This document shows positions 60,513-64,000 of a stretch of 64,000 nucleotides of DNA, one piece after another. The position numbers were made by a program, and so were the translations under genes. The DNA comes from Eledone cirrhosa. Its lineage: Eukaryota. The notes below the pieces were generated by a model. That model had not been told where the DNA came from. It did not search any database and was given only the letters and a program-made list of their open reading frames with translations. How positions within the stretch are numbered: position 1 is the stretch's first letter; every line of letters begins with the position of its first letter. The stretch is from the NCBI GenBank assembly GCA_964016885.1, contig OZ024742.1, positions 340,070,001 through 340,134,000 of the forward strand, written 5' to 3'.

Positions 60513-61724
60513 CTATACATTCCCACATATGTAGATACGTAAGTGCGTGCATGTGTGTGTGCATGTGCGTGTGTGTGTGTATTTTGCATACGTATTATGA
60601 AAACGAAACAAATATATATATAAAACATATTTCTGTCGTTTTTATCGAATTAAATGTGAATAAATTAAGTTGAATAATTTCCACGTTGTTGTTGTTGTTG
60701 TTATCGTCGTGTTCGTTGTTGTTGTTGTACAGGTTGTTGTTCTTGATATTGCTCTCATTAATGCTACATTATTAAACGTGAAGGCGCGTGATCTGGTGGT
60801 TATTGGAATGGTGTACGCGGTATAATAAGGTCTTGGTTTTAATTCCTGGAAAAGATGGCGCATTGTATTCTTGAACACGGCTCTTCATTTCAGGTTACTT
60901 TTCATGTTTGAACCAAAGAAACTTTACGTGATATGTAGCTTTATTAGGGCAGCTAAACGTCCATTTCTATGAGCTATATCTTTAACAACCTTATAGTACT
61001 TTGAATCCCTATCATTATAAAACCCAAGAGGCCCTTATGAGGTACAACCAGTCAAACCTAGATAGGCGTTTGCCTATATATTTACCTATTTATCTTCCTC
61101 ATTGAACGTTGCAGTGTCTTACTATTTATATAATTTGAGAACATGTGGACAATAGAGTTCACTTAATGTTTCATAATAGGTCGATAAATAAGGGTGATCA
61201 GTCGTTTGTCTTCGAGTGTCACTTGGTGATACAAAGGAGAGTATAGTTTCTGAGAAGTGCGGAAGATCTCTCACTTAACAATGGACTACGTTCCATAATA
61301 TGATAACTGATTGAAAACATAAACCCTTGTAGCTAATTTCTCACGTGGAAAGAGAAGAGAGAGAGGGAGAGGGGTGGGAGAACGGTGGTGGTGGTGGTGG
61401 GAGTGGTATATATATATATGTGTATATATTGGTCACTCATAACCGGGGGGGGGGGGCTCTTTATATTTATATGGATTAAGCAGAATTGAAGTCAGTGTTG
61501 CAGCATATATACAAACTTTATTGGCATATTACAATTGTTTCGATATCGATCAGGTCAGGGTACAATCAAAATGACGGGACCCGACTCTTTTTCACAACAC
61601 CGACTTCGATTCTACTTAACCTATTTACACCCTTCGCTCTACAGACGCCTTAACTCTTGAATATAAGCCACACGAGACCGACTTCGCAACAGTATTGAGT
61701 GCTTAGAAGACGCACCACCTGTAA

Positions 61725-61764
<40 letters not shown>

Positions 61765-61999
61765 CGAAGGAATTGTGGTAAGGAACCAGGTGGACCATAA
61801 CGCACCAGAGTACTCAATACAATATATCTTCAAGAAACTTATAGAACTTTAAACCCCTATCATTATATCACACAAGAATCCTCAGTCTTTAACTAGCTGT
61901 TGAAACGGCATGACCCGTTGGAGTCCAGACTCTACTACGGCAAGTATCGAGTACTCTGGTGAGTAATGGTCTAACTAGTTTCAAATTGAATCCGTCCTG

Positions 62000-62312
<313 letters not shown>

Positions 62313-62341
62313 TTCAAACCTACTCGCTGTTTCGAAAATAT

Positions 62342-62427
<86 letters not shown>

Positions 62428-62593
62428 CTGTATATATGTATGTATATATGTATGTATATGTATATATGTATATATGTATATATGTATATATGTATGTATG
62501 TATATATGTATATATGTATGTATATATGTATGTATATGTATATATATATACATATATATACATATATATGTATATGTATATACATATATATAC

Positions 62594-62659
<66 letters not shown>

Positions 62660-63129
62660 GGCAATGAGAAAAAGGATGATAGAAAAATCGATTCCACCAT
62701 TGAAGTGAGAGTTCATTATTTATCGACCTAAAAGGGATGAAGGCAAAGATGACATCGGAACTGAGAGAGAAATGTTGTTGGAACACCGCAATTCATTCTA
62801 TTTGATATTCTAACAACTCTGTCAATTCATCCTGTTACCTTGGGCTACAAAATAAACGAAAAAGTAAAAACATAAAATTCCCGATGCTGCTTTAATTCAA
62901 AATGATGGCTAATGATTTTATTTGTCTTGTTAGAACCAATTAAATTATAGGAACCGTTGTTTTGTGAAGTAGTTTCACATCTTTATAAACTCTACAAACT
63001 GATATTAATCTCTATAATCATTACAAGCCCTATTATTACAGCGGAACAGAGACCACGAGCCACAAACCCACGTGTGAATGTGTGTGTGTGTGTGTGTGTG
63101 TATGTTTATGTGTGTGTCTTGGACCTCCA

Positions 63130-63305
63130 TCGGTTAAGACGATGAGTGTTCCATTGTTTGAATAACGGATCAAACTATTCGTAAAATTAACGTACAAAGG
63201 GCTGAGTATTCCACAAACACGTATACCCTCAACGTAATTGTCTAGTATATTCAGCGTAACTCAGTGTGTGAAAAAACTGACTCTTTGAATTATAGGTACG
63301 CTTCA
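63130..63305 (+). mobile_element. Dispersed repeat (probable SINE body); second copy at ~42975-43140
   Basis: aaaattaacgt..ggctgagtat.ccaca.a.acgta shared by both loci. Confidence 0.45.
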
Positions 63306-64000
63306 TTTCGCAAGTTGAGTGGTCTTGAGCAAAAGGAAATAAAGTGTATTGCTGAAAGACAAAACGCGACACCGGATAGCGAACTCACGACTTGCCCCGT
63401 CGTGACAGATTCGATCGGGATAGGAGGTTTTTTTTTTAAAAATAATTTCTCGAAGGAGATATTTTTCTGCCAAATAATACAAAAGAACACACTAGACAAA
63501 TCTTCATATTTCCCTTCATTACACACACTTTCATACACACATAAACAGAAATGCATACATATACCCACACACAGGGGCCTCGATTGCCTTAAAAGTGTGA
63601 CAGGGACGAACCAATATTTGTTGATTCTTAAAGGAGCATAAATTGCTTATGGTGCCTTTCCCGGACCCTATTACATAAGTAAAATGTTACGTTAATTAAA
63701 TTTTATATATTCGAATTAAGTTCAAATATAAAAAATAAGCTTAAAAAGAATTTATTATATCAAATAAACAAAAAAATAAAATATAGACGTTTGAAAACGT
63801 TTGAAAACGTCAAGTACATACATTTTTCGTGAGTTTTAAGGATTATAGTATAAGAGACGAAACTAACGTACTGCTACTAGCACCAGAAAACTATGAATAA
63901 TAACACAATACTAACATAATTAAATATGTAAATGTCGTTAACAGAAAATGGTGTGAGAGTAGAAGATAGTGAAATACAGAGAGATAGAGAGAGGGGGAGA

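Overview
Eukaryotic, very AT-rich, microsatellite-saturated DNA. The SINE families and (TA)n load point to an octopod cephalopod; this is an inference from sequence character. Nearly all ORFs in the supplied track are artefacts of (TA)n/(CA)n/(TTG)n repeats. The one host gene I can support is on the + strand: five small phase-1 exons (26156-26203, 27918-27992, 31415-31489, 35405-35470, 55657-55757) splice in frame to the C-terminal coiled coil of a SKOR1/2 (Fussel/CORL) Ski-family corepressor, with its 5' exons presumably upstream of the window. Introns and flanks hold a 5'-truncated R4/Dong-type RLE retrotransposon in (TAA)n, Tx1/L1-like 3' fragments in (TATC)n, CR1 fragments, a Penelope-like (GIY-YIG) element, many tRNA-derived SINEs and two minisatellites. 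The most striking hidden signal is about 20 minimal type-I hammerhead-ribozyme (HHR) motifs from several unrelated short repeat families. Many have palindromic, dimer-type helix III and one family shows a compensatory base pair. There are also 13 fold-back inverted repeats, about half of which invert in or beside ribozyme helix II. Element boundaries are approximate and were read by eye.
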